From: Felis catus | Taxonomy: Eukaryota | Assembly: GCF_018350175.1 (NCBI RefSeq) | Contig: NC_058368.1 | Location: 234,362,001 to 234,426,000, forward strand | Reading direction: 5' to 3' | Length of the DNA stretch: 64,000 nt | Shown: positions 37,526 through 50,779 of the stretch, piece after piece | How positions within the stretch are numbered: position 1 is the first letter of the stretch | Layout: every line of letters begins with the position of its first letter | The notes under the pieces: generated by a model | The model's database searches: none | What the model was told of the DNA's origin: nothing | What the model saw: the letters and a program-made list of their open reading frames with translations, nothing else | Program-made: the position numbers and the translations under genes

Positions 37526-39164
37526 AGCCTTCAGCCGCCAGCTCCCAAATGGGGTTCGTATTCACCCCCTCCCACACTGTCTAGCTCCGATCCTCATTTT
37601 CTCTTATGGAGACTCCCTGCCCGTCTCCCAGCCACGGCCCCCGCCACCTGCACTGCGCCCCCGCCACGCTACCAGAGGAAGCGCGTCCACGCGTGGGGCT
37701 CACGTCCTCCCGTGCAGGCATCGCCAGAGGGTGCCGAGCGTCAGGGTCTTTCCATCGTCCTTCAGCCGCCACGTGGGCACCTTCTCGATCTGCTGCTCCC
37801 TGTCCGTTTCACCCTGGCGCCCATCCCCTACCCCTCTTCTCACTTTATTTTCACCGACATCAGCCTAAATGCAGCCCCGGGAAAGCCTCCTTGGAAGAGC
37901 AGGGGCTCTCCCACGCTTTCGGCCCCTACAGGTATGACTTCTGCCGAGACTGTTTCTCCTCGAGTCATATTGGAGCCACACTCTCTGAGCAGACTGGAGG
38001 TCCCTCTGCCCTCGTAATTTTCCATAACGCAAACATCCCGTTGTATTCTCATGGTACGTCTGTCTCCACACTAGACCGCAGGTCTCCTGAGGACAAAACT
38101 GCGTTCTGCCTTTGACCTCTGTCATCTGATGCGAGCCTGACCACAGTGGGCCACGTATCGGGTGACCTGCCCCTGTGCTACTCCCCTGGGTACCAGGGCT
38201 CGGGGGGATATAGTGTTGATCCTGTTAAACTGCCCCACCCAGTCTGCAGGATCTGTCATTGAACTGAACTCCCTATGTGACCCCCAGCCCCAGAATAACA
38301 ACTGATGACAGGAAAGAACAGGGTAAGACTCTCGGTCCTAAGGACACAGTGGCAGCCACAGGTGCCTGCGTGGGGCACTCCAGGGCCCCACCCTGATTTA
38401 CGACACATTTTCTCCCTTCCGATTTACATACTTTCCTCACAGTCTAGGCTCCACGGCCTTCTCTATATTCTTTTTATTTTCGTTAAGAAATAAACAATAC
38501 ATAAAACTACAAAGTATAACATAACCACCCAGTATAAATAGTAACATCCAAAAAACCAGATCTGATCTATTTGCTTCAGATTTCTCAAACAAGAAGAAAT
38601 GCCCATCACAGAATGTGACAATCACCTAGATTCCCTCTTCAGTCCCCTCATCTTCAAGGACAACCACAGTCATGGGCCTAATGAGTCTCCAATCCATATT
38701 TTCATACTTTTACGACACTCGCTCTCTGCATGTGGTGTTGGTAGTGTTGCTTTGGGTTTCCTCACGACGGCAAACCCTGTATTATTCTCCAGTGAACTGT
38801 TCTCCCTCTTGCTTCCTTCCTTCACCAGAAAGGTCTTCGGTTCTGGTGAGCCCGCCCTGTCTCGAGGGTCACCTCGAAGCAAACCTCTGATGAGCTCTTG
38901 TGGAGAGAAGTGTCCGAAATCACCCAGGCCAAAGAAATGCTGGGAAGGGTGCTGTTCTGTGACACCCACCGGTCTCATGTCGGGTTCCCACACCATCTCG
39001 TGTTTCTTGCTTCTTGGCCTTTTGTGATTATTTTCTAGGATGGACTTGATTTCACCTTCTATCTCTTCTACCACATTTTTGTTCTCTCATTTCCGAGAGT
39101 CACTGTCCTCGGATAATTTTGCTTTCATGGCGTCCTGTTGTTAATGCGGGTATGATAAACTTAT

Positions 39165-40020
39165 ATTTTTAAAAACAGCTTCATTGAGGTGTAATGGACA
39201 TTCAGTGAACCACATGTATTTATAAAGCGTATAACATGATGCATACAGATGTGAAACCGTCGCACAAGCAAGATAAGGAGCACCAACCCCGAATGTTTCC
39301 TCTGGTCCTTTTGTAAAGCCCCCAGCCGAGCCCCCGCCCGCAGGCAAACGCTTCCCATTCCTAATACAGCATGCGTTCTTTTTTTGTCTCGCCCCTTTCC
39401 GTCAGCATGGTGACGCTGAGACGTTATTTTCTTGCTACTGTTCATAGTTTCTTCCTCTCTTCCTGCACAGTAGTATTCCATCGTATGGATATACCACAAG
39501 ACAGTTAGTCATTCACCTGCCTAAGGACAATTGGGTTGTTTCCAGTTTGGGGCTGTTGCAAATAAAGCTGCTATGATCATTCCCGTAAATGCCTCTGTAT
39601 ACATTCTACGCTTTCATTTCTCTTGGGCAGTTACCTAGGAGTGAAATATTTGGGTCATATAGCAAGTGTATGTCTAACTTTTAAACTGCCAGAGTGTTTT
39701 CACCATCTCACATTCCCACCAGCAGGTGTGTGTGAGTTTCAGAGTCTCTGCTTCCTCACCAAGCCTTCGTTGGTCGTTTTCTCCGATTTCAGTTATTCTA
39801 AGGGACGGGGAGTGTGGTGTGATTGGCGTTTCCCTAATGACTAGAGGTGGTAAGCGTCTTTGCACCTACTTACTGGCCTGCCGCCTGTATGTATTCTTTG
39901 ATGAAGAGTCTGTTCAAATCTTTTGCCCGTGGTAAAGATTGTTCTGAAGTTTTTATTGTTGAAATTTGAGGGTTCTTTGTGGATTTGGATGCAGAACTCT
40001 TATCGGACACGCGATTTGTC
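39165..40020 (-). mobile_element. L1M 3' end fossil
   Basis: AACAGCTTCATTGAGGTGTAAT..GTAGTATTCCATCGTATGGATATACCAC..GTTGTTTCCAGTTTGGGGCTG. Confidence 0.85.
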
Positions 40021-40858
40021 AGTCACACCAGCAGTCCATTCCTGAACATTGCTGGGTCACATTCCAGGGCACCGCATCCCTCTGGCCACTCACCTGCAGA
40101 GGCCCAGCCTCCCCTGATGTTACAATTTGTTTCTAAAACATTTCCCTTTTGCTTCTGGAATGATGTTTTCTTCAGAGGCATTTGCTTTTCTTCCACGATG
40201 TAACCTTTTCTAAGTACCTGGCGATCCCTGACCTTCAGTGCACATTTCTGAAAAAGTTCCAGAAGAGCTGAGTGGGAGCCTGTGACTGAGGGGACCACGC
40301 CTCCTGGGGCTCTCCTGCAACACGAGGCAGAAGGTGGCCGGCTACTACACTGGTGGGTCCCTAAGAACCAAAATGTGAATTTATTTTTCTGGGATGCCAA
40401 CATCTGCTAACTCTGGCTGTACCCAGATAGCTAGTTTTTACTTAGCTCCTTCCCCGACCCTGCTCCCACTGCATTTTCCCCAGAAATGGGTGCAGAGCTC
40501 CTGGGGCTTATGTGCTGTTTGTGGGGAGCAAGAATGGAGAGGGCACTGTTGTCGGCTCTGAGTCCAGAGCCCAGGTGCACAGGTGCACGGCCTCACTTCC
40601 AGGGGCACACCTCACCTCCCCCTCTGTCAGCCGTGGCAAGAGGACCTGCCGTCTCAGCAGGGCACACTGTGGGCTCTCCAGCGCCACGGCCCCCTGCCCT
40701 GCTTTATCAGTCCCAGCCGTGGGCCCTTAGATTCCTTCACAGCGATTGTAACGGCTCAGGACCGGGAGGGGGAGGAAGGCACGTGTTCAGTTCATCATTT
40801 TGAATTGAGAGAGCTTAAATGTACTCCTGAAAATATAAAAACCATTCCTAATGTTGCC

Positions 40859-41068
40859 TTTTTTAAAGTTTATTTGAGAGACACAGAGAGAGAGAATGCA
40901 CGTGCACACACAAGCGGGGGGGGGGGGGGGGCGGGCAGAGAGTGAGGGAGAGAGACAGAATCCCAAGCAGGCTCAGAACTGTCAGCGCGGAGCCCGATGC
41001 GAGACTTGAACTTGTTAACCGTGAGATGGTGACCTGAGCCGAAATCAAGAGTCAGACACGGGTGCCTC
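40859..41068 (-). mobile_element. Can-SINE
   Basis: SINE body with an internal poly-G run. Confidence 0.85.
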
Positions 41069-41099
41069 TTTAAAGGAAATATTTCTCTAAGTCACTATA

Positions 41100-42990
41100 G
41101 AAAATGTTTTAAAAAAGGAAGTTACGAATACTAAAAAGAGAAAACACGATAAAAGGACATTTCAGTATCGCAGTTAATGAGAGAACCTGAGCCAGCTTAC
41201 TCCACGGCCAAGTCTGTTTCTCGTGTCGTGAAAGAAAACGAAACAAATCTGAATGCTGGGAAGGGCCGGGAAACGCCGGGTGAATGTGCCAACGAAAGCC
41301 GTAGCATGGCAGTATTCGGAGCAAAGCCGGATCCCAGGAGAGCAGCACTCAGCGGGAAGATTATCCCACATCGATAACAGGGTGGATGAAAAGTTTTGCA
41401 GAATGCCAGCAGCAAAACACAAAGCAAAAACTATTAGACACACAAGGGAAATCCGACCTGGAAGAGAAATAAGGTTGCAGACAAGTTTAACAGTGGGGTC
41501 AACATCTCTGAATTAACACACGACAGAACAAACAGCATCAGCTTTGGAGAACGGCCTTGTTATTAAGAGCTTGAGGCCACAGAAGGAAAACTCAAAATCT
41601 GCGCGGGAGAGATTTCACAGAAAATGATCTCTACTGTATCCACATGTGTGAAAAAGAAGAAAAACCTTTCAATGAAATCTCTCAAACGGTTGAGAAGAAA
41701 AAAAGCACCCTTTCAAACCAAAATGAATTTCCTAGAAATAGTGAGATTGAGACAAACCTAACAAGTACAGCTGGAGACTATTTAGGGTCATAATTATAGG
41801 AAGGTCATTAAACTCTAGGAAGTGCAGGGGCGCCTGGGGGGCTCAGTGGGTTAAGCAAACGACTTTGGCTCAAGTCATGATCTCACGTTTGTGAGTTCGA
41901 GCCCCGTCTCGGGCTCTGTGCTGACAGCTCGGAACTTGGAGCCTGCTTCAGATTCTGTGTCTCTCTCTCAAAAGTAATTTAATGTGTTAAAAAAAAAACA
42001 ACCCTGTAAAACCTTAGGAAGTGTCATGTAGCAGATAACACACAGCCTTGAAAGCTACAAATACACCTGCTAGGCAAACAGATGACTGAGGTGGTCCTCC
42101 CGAGCAGTTATGAGCACGATGAAAAGATTTCCCCTAAATTAGAACGGTGAAGATAAGCAAATAGGAAGTCAGGAGACACAGAGGAAATCACCATCATAAA
42201 GGACACGCAGAGAACATTTAATGAAGAAAGCCCACAAGATCAGCGTCCCATGTGGGTTTCTTCTCAGTTCGCCTTCCCCCTCTGCACCTGACGGAAAGCC
42301 CTCTTTCTCATTTCTGATGTGTATGCAGTCCCCTTGAAAATCTCAAGAGAAATATTGCAGATTTTTTTTTAAAGCAAAGAAACAATTCCATTGGCTCCAG
42401 TAGAAAACAGACCAATGACCAAGTAAGAAAATAAAAGAAACGTTCCAAACCGTAATCTCCCAGAAAGGCACTGCTGTTAAAATCGCACAAGAATCCTGAC
42501 AATCCCCTTTATTATTCAGCATTGTTCTCGAATTTCTTGTTACTATAGGAAGCAAGCGACAGCAGAAACAACAGCCTCAAGTACCGCTAAACAAGAACGT
42601 GACAGGTTTGCGGACGGTGGGACGGTGACGCTCCAGAACCGGAGCTCAACCGGAGAGAATGGCAGGGATGCACAAAATGCCCCCAGAGGCTGGGCCGGCA
42701 GGACAAACACGTGAACACCGATGGTGCTCATTTACCCTCGTTACAAAACGTGCTTGGGGACGCACTGTCATCCACAATGAGCAAACCGTCAGATACCGAA
42801 GAACTACCTGAACAGGCAGGCACGGCATTTACAGAGTGTCCCTCAGCTCCGCCGAGGACCAGAGACGCGTCATCGTGTCTGACACGATGGAGGGGACATC
42901 GAGGAGAAGCAGGTGTCTGGGCTCAGCACAACGATACGGCGTGAGTTTGTGGAGTGAAGACGGGCCGAGACACTGGAGTAACCCTGAACA
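41100..42990 (+). mobile_element. Fragmented old L1 ORF2 fossil
   Basis: CCCTTTATTATTCAGCATTGTTCTCGAATTTCTTG followed by a degenerate FADD-like TTTGCGGACGGT, from the L1 RT region. The left part is less certain. Confidence 0.55.
41827..41998 (+). mobile_element. Can-SINE
   Basis: SINE head; TAGGAAGTG repeated in both flanks. Confidence 0.9.
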
Positions 42991-43020
42991 CAAAACGACT
43001 GGGCTTGAAGTAATTTTATT
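42980..43020 (-). terminator. Candidate SRD5A1 polyadenylation site (3' UTR about 1.8 kb)
   Basis: Minus strand reads AATAAA (43020-43015) ATTACTTCAAGCCCA, then the GU-rich GTCGTTTTGTGTT. A second AATAAA lies at 43920-43915. Confidence 0.5.
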
Positions 43021-44836
43021 AATCTCCTTGTTATGATTAACATGGTAATTGATGACAATTTGCTAAGTGGCAGTTTTTAGGAAATGGAGGGAGGGCGGAG
43101 AGACAAGATGGAAGATTTGTTCCTATCAATCGTCCACCCAGTGCGGGCGGGTGAAAGCATGAACCACACATCAAAGCCTGAGTCAACCCAAGCATTCCTT
43201 CGCTCGGGCTGTTCACAAAAGGAGAAAAACATCACAGCGAGCTTCTCCGGCTCTCAGACTAGCATCCTTCTCCCGGCCACGTGCGCCTTCCAGAGCACAG
43301 CAGCCCAAATCCATCGTGACTTGCTTGGACTTTTGAGTTTTCCCGAGGAGATCCAAAATATTTACTGCTTCATGTTCTCAAGTAATTGGAAAAGGCTCAG
43401 AAAAAGGAACGAAGTGCATTGAATACCAAAATTTCTCTTCAAAAACGTTCTGTCCCCAGTTACAATGAAGCATAGTTCCATCGGAGACGTTGGCTGCGTA
43501 ATTCTGAAATCAAACGAAGACTCCACAAATCACTAACACCGAGAACATGGCTCCTACATAAAACCTCGAGAGGGGCGAGACCGTGGCTGGGAAGGTCAGC
43601 CAGGAGAGGGGTCGGGGAGCCCATGGGGGGCTCTGGGGCCGCGCATGCTCTGGACGCCCCCAGCCACCCACCTAGCAGGTCAGCGGATCAGAGTGAACAG
43701 TCTCCTCCTTCCTCCCCTGCTCCTGCAGCTTCTGGCTCCACAGACGCGGCGGCCACTGAGGCACTGCTGCCACAGCCAGGAGGGGACCTCCGCCACGTGT
43801 CCCATCAGAGCTTCACAGAGCGGCCCAGAGATTTAGTAGCCTTCTGTTAGACTTCTTTTACAGATTCTCAGCCTTCTGAGATATCTTTTACATATCAGGC
43901 AGTATGTGGTCCATTTTATTCCTATGATTTACCTCCGCGGACCTCTCAGGGGCATCTAGAGTAAGACATTCTGTTTCAAGATACTGTTTTGGGATACTGA
44001 GGGTACTGAGAAAAAAGTGCTTTAAAACTTGCTCGTTCTACCTGGAAGGAAGAAAAATCATCTTAAACCAGAGACTGCTGGTGCCTGTGGTGATCAGCAC
44101 AAGGGGGCTCCCTGCTCCCACCAGGGCCTCCAAGAAGTCCTCTCGGTGGGGGACAGAGCGCCTTACCCCTTACGTGAGTGCACACAGCCCCCTGCCCTGT
44201 AGTCTAGTCGCCCGGGGAGCCAGGACGCCGCAGGTGCCAGAGGCCTCTTGTCCAGGCCTCAGCTGGCCCCGTGTCTCCTCTCTCTGCCCCCGAGTTCTCT
44301 GCTGCGCAGCACCCCAGTGAGAGCCTGGACGTTTCCCTGGGGCTGGGACCACTCTGGGTGCGCCCTGGCCTCGCTGACCCAGCGGGGTGAGCGGGACCAT
44401 GGAGACAGTTCTGCCTTTATCAGGGGAGGGGGCGACATCACCTCCGGCCTTGAACTGATGGTTGGAATGGGTAGTACAGGGGCAGTGACATGTTTCAGTC
44501 CACGGAGGCCGTCAGAAATGGCTCGTAATCCTGGTCTTGTGCCCACTTAGCTGTATGCAGCCAAAAGAGGAGACTCCAAAATCTGAGAAGTGGTCAGCGG
44601 GAATGACCCAGAGCTGCAGATTCTTGGGCCGGTGTGCAACCCGCTACTCCAGCCTGCATTTCAGTCTCATGAGCTTGGTGTTAGGCAGCTTACGCGCTTA
44701 CCAGGAACACATTCCTAGAGCAGATCTTGAAACAGATGAAGGAACAGGAAAATGACAGAAAGCGATTCATTTACACGATCCCTGGAGAAACATCACTGAA
44801 ACGCGGCAAGTCGGAGACCATCCACTGACAACAAAT

Positions 44837-44903
44837 TTACAACAAAAACGGGATTATAATTTTCCTGAACTTTGGATAATCTTCAAATTTCTCAAGGTAC
44901 CAC
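44837..44903 (-). CDS. SRD5A1: SRD5A1 terminal coding exon 5 (67 coding nt including TAA)
   Basis: Acceptor ATTTTAG|G, then WYLEKFEDYPKFRKIIIPFLL*, the typical SRD5A1 C-terminus. Confidence 0.97.
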
Positions 44904-46262
44904 CTAAAATCAGACACACACAAAAAAAAACACACTAAGAAAAGGAAATGATTTTGTCACTTTTCATTATGCAGGAGTACAGAGATTTTTAAAAGTAGTA
45001 ATAAAAAGTTCGGCATTTCAGGTGCACAGTTTGATTCTGCCTGTGTCGCGAAAGCAGGATTCATGCTGGCCACGAAGGTTACTGGCGTGTGAGGGTGCCG
45101 ATCAATGCAGCGGGGGTGGGGGGGTGGGGGCAAAGTCTGCAGACCCGGGGAGCATGCAGACTGGGGCAGAGGACTGGCACTTGTGGTGACTAGATTCCCG
45201 CAGCAAGTCTCCCCAGGAGAGGACCGTGCCTCCAGACCGGGGTGGGGGAGATGTGCGCCCCGCCACGCGCCCGGGGGGCTCTCAGACAAAGCTGGGAGGA
45301 CGCAAAGGGACCCTGCACTCGGAACAAACAGGTATTTTCAGTTGTGATATGAATGACACCAGCCAGGCTGACGCCCGTTGGTTCCGCGGTACTGGCTGGC
45401 TGGGGAGGGTGGCGGCTAAGTGGATGGAGTGAAAACTTCAAGTAACTTGAGGAGATGGAGAAATGGGCAGAAGAGAAGGAGTTTCCATAAGCACCACAGA
45501 TAAACTCGTGGTGGAAAGCGACTGTTTGTTTACAGGGCAGAAACAGGTGGCAACAGCCAGCGGCCAGGGAATCGGCAAAATCTGCTGGTTTCAGGTAAGT
45601 TTCACACTCAGTCTGCAAACGGGGAGCCCCAGCGTGTCTGCCTGCTGGGTGCGCTTTCAACGGCCCGAAAGCCACCGAGTGGGAAGCTGGTGGGTGGACT
45701 CTGGAGCAAGCGTCACTTCTGTCGCGAGGCCACGGTCACAGCCCTTCTCTTCCACATCAGTGACCTGCCTGGAGACAAGGGCGCCTGCCTCTCAGCGTGG
45801 GACGCTCACGGCTGCAACGCCAAGTACGGGAGGAGGTGCCGCATGCTCTCTGGTTACAGAGGTTCTTGCGGGCCTGTGCCACTCTTTGCACATGTCCCCC
45901 GCCCCCTCAAATTCACATGTGTTAAACACCTAGTGTCTGTTGTGGCAGTATTAGGGGGTGGGGCCTTTGGGAGGTGGAGCCTTCAGGAATGGGATCCAGG
46001 GCAGCGAGGCCCACGCACGCCCACGGGATTGTCGCATGAGCGGCTGAGCTCCGTATGACGTCGGACTGCGTCAGACTTTTCTCCCCCGATGAGGACGGGT
46101 TTGTCAAATGTGTTAAATTCATCTCACAGAAACCAACATATAGAAATAAAATTTACTTTGTTAAAATGATTCAGCTTCTCTCATTCGCGTACATCTCTGG
46201 GATCTTAAATCCACCTCGGGAGACTGTATCTTAAGATACATAGATGTGCGTATGTATCAGTC

Positions 46263-46492
46263 TTTTTATTTAAAAAAAAAATTTTTTTTCAACATTTATT
46301 TATTTTTGGGACAGAGAGAGACAGAGCATGAACGGGGGAGGGGCAGAGAAAGAGGGAGACACAGAATCGGAGACAGGCTCCAGGCTCTGAGCCATCAGCC
46401 CAGAGCCTGACGTGGGGCTCGAACTCACGGACCGCGAGATGGTGACCTGGCTGAAGTCGGACGCTTAACTGACTGCACCACCCAGGCGCCCC
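46263..46492 (-). mobile_element. Young Can-SINE in SRD5A1 intron 4
   Basis: TSD TGTATCAGTCTTTTTA. Confidence 0.95.
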
Positions 46493-46999
46493 TGTATCAG
46501 TCTTTTTAAAGGGAGGGCAGCATCATTTCTACTCTTTTTCTCCCTTGTTGTTCTGTCCCTAGAATCGAAGGTGTCGCTTAGGTGACACCAACATGAATTT
46601 TTTGTCTTGATTTTATTCTCGCTGAGCCCGAACTAGGGTAGAAAGTGAGATGCCCCTGACGAACGGATGCCCACTGCATCACATTTGGCGTCTACTAAGT
46701 TATTCTTTAAAGCATTGACTGTTTTTCCAGCTCACAAACAGCCAAAGTGTCCCCAGGCTCCTCTCGAACAAGTCTTCCCCTGGTGGACATAGGCCACTGA
46801 CAAGACAGGAAGCGTCCTCCAAGTACTCACAAGTCATGTCTTCTGTTAAAGTCTGGTGATGGGAGCTGTGAGAGAGGAAGTCTTTCATAAACCTATTCTG
46901 GTGTGTCCTTATATGTTTAGGTCATTATGCCATCTGTCATAGTGTCTTGAAGACGTGCTGACTTCATTTTTCTAAGTGACATTAAATTTAATGGGATGA

Positions 47000-47209
47000 G
47001 GGCACCTGGGCGGCTCAAAGTCCAACTTTGACTCAGGTCATGATCTCACAGCTCGTGGGTTCAAGCCCTGAGTTGGGCTCTGTGCTGACAGCTCGAAGCC
47101 TGGAGCCTGCTTTGGATTCTGTGCTTCCCTCTCTCTCTGTCCCTCCCATTTGCAGTCTCTCTCTCTCTCTCTCTCTCTCAAAAATAAATAAACATTAAAA
47201 AAAAAAAAC
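47000..47209 (+). mobile_element. Can-SINE in SRD5A1 intron 4
   Basis: SINE head and tail. Confidence 0.9.
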
Positions 47210-48211
47210 TTACTGGGGAAACACTGCATATTTCTTTATTTTATTTCAACAGAGTCCCTTCTCCAAGGCTGCCCTCGACGGCTGGCCTCCAACTTGCAGG
47301 ACTTTGGTGTGAACAAGCAAACATCTGCACACAGGCTAGCACACTTGGCGGGACGCGGCAGAAGCTTGGGCACCAAGAACGTTGCTCCACTAATGAGCAC
47401 GGCTGCTAGGGGCTGGCGGGGACGAGAACGGTAGGAAAACAGCCGTCTTTCTAATTCCTCGACATTTTGCCCTCAAAACAGTTTGCTAGCAACTCGGCAC
47501 AGCTGACCCGATGTTTCCGACCTAGAGCTTAATTATCGGTACATTATCTGTGAATTTAAATCCCTCACATCTAATTATAGAAATAAATTCGTTTAGTAAA
47601 ATACTGCTTTGAGAACATTATAAGAAATCAAATACAGTGCTCAGAAGGGCCCCATGGATTGTTTTCTTTTAGTTTAATTAGCTGCGTTCATTGGATTATT
47701 AAAGGAAAAAAAAGGATAGCTTTTATTTTGTCCTCAGCTTATAAATCCAACATTTCTGAACATACTGCCACTAAGCTGAATTCATTAGTTTTTCAGCAAT
47801 TAAAATTGGGTTTGCACTGACATCAATATAAGTAAGTAGCGAATGAATGAAAAAGAGCCCTTTCAATTCATGAAGGTTTCCGCCAAGAATACATTTGGGT
47901 TTTTAGTACCCTAGACTTTCATTTGGAAAATGAAATGATTTATTTCTGTTTCTATATGTTTCCTATTCAAATGTTGAAGAGAGATTTTCCTGTTTTCATT
48001 TGAGAAAACATCTTTACAACTGACTTGGCATGCTCTTTGTTCAATCTTCCTCTGATCCAATTTCTTAAAATATCAGTATTATCTCATGTGCTTCTACTAT
48101 TAGAAACTAGCCAATATTTGCTTCTTACTGTCTAATGTAACAAACATTCAAGAATAGCACCTTCCTCCAGAGGTGATGCTGCTCATGAGAAGGTGGTCTC
48201 GGGCCCCTGCC

Positions 48212-48584
48212 AGGGGAGAAGGAGGGAGGGGAGGAGGGGGAGAAGGGGGGGAGGAGGAGGAAGGGGAGGAGGAGGAAGGGGAGGAGGAGGAAGGGGAGGA
48301 AGAGGAGCGGGAGGAGGAGGAAGGGGAGGAGGAGGAGCGGGAGGAGGAGGGAGGGGAGGAGGAGGAGCGGGAGGAGGAGGAGCGGGAGGAGGAGGAGGGG
48401 GAGTGGAGGAGAAGGGGGAGCAGAGTGGGGAGGAGGGATAGGAGGAGGGGGGAGGAGGGAGGAGGAAGAGAAGGAGGGAGAGGAGGAGGAAGGGAAGAGG
48501 AGGAGGAAGGGAGGAGGAGGAAGGAGAAGGGGAGGGGGGAAGAGGAGGAACAAGGAGGGGAGGAGGGGAGGAGGGGAGGAGAGG
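48212..48584. repeat. Polypurine/polypyrimidine (GGA)n-like tract in SRD5A1 intron 4
   Basis: About 370 bp, almost entirely G/A on the plus strand. Confidence 0.95.
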
Positions 48585-48807
48585 TCCCCAGCAACACAGG
48601 ACCATCAGGCTGGGCCAAGATCCACTGACTGTTGTGGTCACTGTTATTTTTCCACGAAATGCTTTCTACGAAAGACGCGTTCTGCATCAGCACGAGATCT
48701 GAAGGCATCTGGTGTGGCATCATCGGCAGAGGAGGAAGGAGGGCTTCAGAGCTCATTCGTGTTGCCTTCAGTTCTGGCCCAATTGATTTTAAATGGCTGA
48801 AAGGCTG

Positions 48808-49218
48808 GTGTCCCATTTCCTGGGGCTTCTGTAACAAAGGACCACACCCTGGGGGGCTTCAAGCAACAGGAATGTATTCTCTCCCAGGTCCGGAGGCCAG
48901 AAGTCTGAGGTGGAGCGGTGGGCAGGACTGTCCTCCCTCCCAAGCTCTGCCTCTTCCAGCTTCCGGCTTCTGGCAGCCTCAGTCCGTGGTGTCAGCGCAT
49001 CCCCTGCCTGCACCCTCCCACGGCCGTCCACATGTCTTCACGTGACCTGTGTGCGTGTCCTGACTTCCCTCCTGGTAAAGTCACCAGTCCTACTCCAGTG
49101 TGACCTCCCCTTAATGAATTACATCTGTGACGACCCCTATTGCCAAATAAGGTCACTCTCGTGGGTTAGGATGGCAACCTATTTCGGGGAGGGGGACACA
49201 CAACTCAAGCCATCATAG
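48808..49218 (-). mobile_element. MLT1-type LTR
   Basis: GGGGCTTCTGTAACAAAGGACCACAC..GGAGGCCAGAAGTCTGAG..CCAAATAAGGTCAC..GGGACACACAACTCAAGCC. Confidence 0.8.
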
Positions 49219-49864
49219 CAAATCATCCTGTTTTCGGCCACTTTTCACAGTGCGTCCCCCTCCTGAGCCCTCCACGGTGGGGGCTCTTCTCTGCCCCCGT
49301 CCTTCTCAGCAGCTCTGGATGAAGACGGGTCCTGGGCCCAGGTCCCTGCTGTCGGTATGGGGCACAACGGAGCACCTGGCCACGTGGGGTAGTGCTCCTA
49401 CGATCTCAACTCGCATGCTTCTGGGGTAATGTCCACAAATATTAGCTAAACCGACAGTCCAGTTCTGCCCATTCTCGTCAGTGTCTCCGGTAATAATCCT
49501 CTGCATCTTTAAATACGTGGTGAGCCTGGAAAGAAACCTGGGAATTCTGACTCTAAAAAGTCTGTGTGTTTTCCACTATGCCATGATACCAATCTATTCT
49601 TCTGTTGGCTTTTTCCTTCTTCCTCATTCCCAAGCGGTGACAAACGCCATGAAGGAAGACAACATTGCATCTCTACGGATGACTGCCAGCATCAAAGGCC
49701 TCCAGGAAATGTTTTTGGGTGAATGAAGCCAGGGAAGCAGGGCAGCGCCCTGTCTAGCTCGGAGGGCATGAGCGATCGACGTGGGCACCAGGGTGAGTGC
49801 CTGTGCCATATTTCCATCATCGCTGTGGCATCAGGGGAAGGCCTGAGATCTCTCCCTTCTAATC

Positions 49865-49936
49865 TTTTGTTTTGTTTTGTTGAGAGAGAGAGAGCATGAA
49901 CAGAGAAGAGGGGCAAAGGGGGGGGAGAGAGAGAGA

Positions 49937-49974
<38 letters not shown>

Positions 49975-50105
49975 AAGAGAGAGAGAACCTCAAGCAGGCT
50001 CCACACTCTGCAGAGCCGGACATGGGGCTCAATCCCATGACCCTGGGATCCTGACCTGAAATCAAGAGTCGGATGCTCAACCAACTGAGCCAACGAGGCG
50101 CCCCC
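49865..50105 (-). mobile_element. Can-SINE in SRD5A1 intron 4
   Basis: TSD-like GAGAT(C/G)TCTCCCTTC. Confidence 0.88.
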
Positions 50106-50779
50106 CGAGATGTCTCCCTTCCAAGAAGCCTGAGGCTTCATTCACGGAGCCTCATCTCTTCATGTGTTGGATGGGCAAGGCGATCCTCAAGTTCATGTCA
50201 GCTTTAACAGCCTCGGACTGTTTTATATGCATTCCTGTTGGTCAAATGGTGACAGGCCCTTCTGGGGACTGGATAGAGGTTATGGCCCTGCACTTTGGAA
50301 AACAACGTGATTTCGAGGGTGCACAAAGCCCGGGAGCCTGACAGGGACCGCGGGGCTGCAGGGCACAGGACACTTGCGTGAAGGAGCCGGGTGCATGGCC
50401 AAGTCAGGCTTCCTGAGCACGGCACTCCTCTGCACCCTGTCCCTGGCGGTCAGCATTCTCCACCGTAAACCGCGGGTTCCCAGTCAGACCATGGGTCCCC
50501 TGCCTGACATTTCACTTGACTATCAGGCCCAGCGGCAAAAATTCGAGGAGGCTCAGAGTAGGGGCGGAGCAAATAATGATGCTGACGTGTACCTGTCGGT
50601 TCCTCGGAACAGGTTATTCTTGGGACGTGTGCGTGGTTTTGCGCTTGGTCGGCTAACCCACGGTATACGCTAGGCTTTGGCAATTCAAATGCACATTAAC
50701 ATTTCAAAGATGGAACTGAAAATTGTTAGAATGAGGCCCGAGAACAGACGCAATGTGCCAAGAGTGTTTTAGAACTTAC

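Noticed and set aside
48125..48837. Pro-, Ser-, Glu-, Gly- and Leu-rich ORFs of up to 229 aa
   Set aside because: Open in several frames only because of the GGA low-complexity tract within intron 4.
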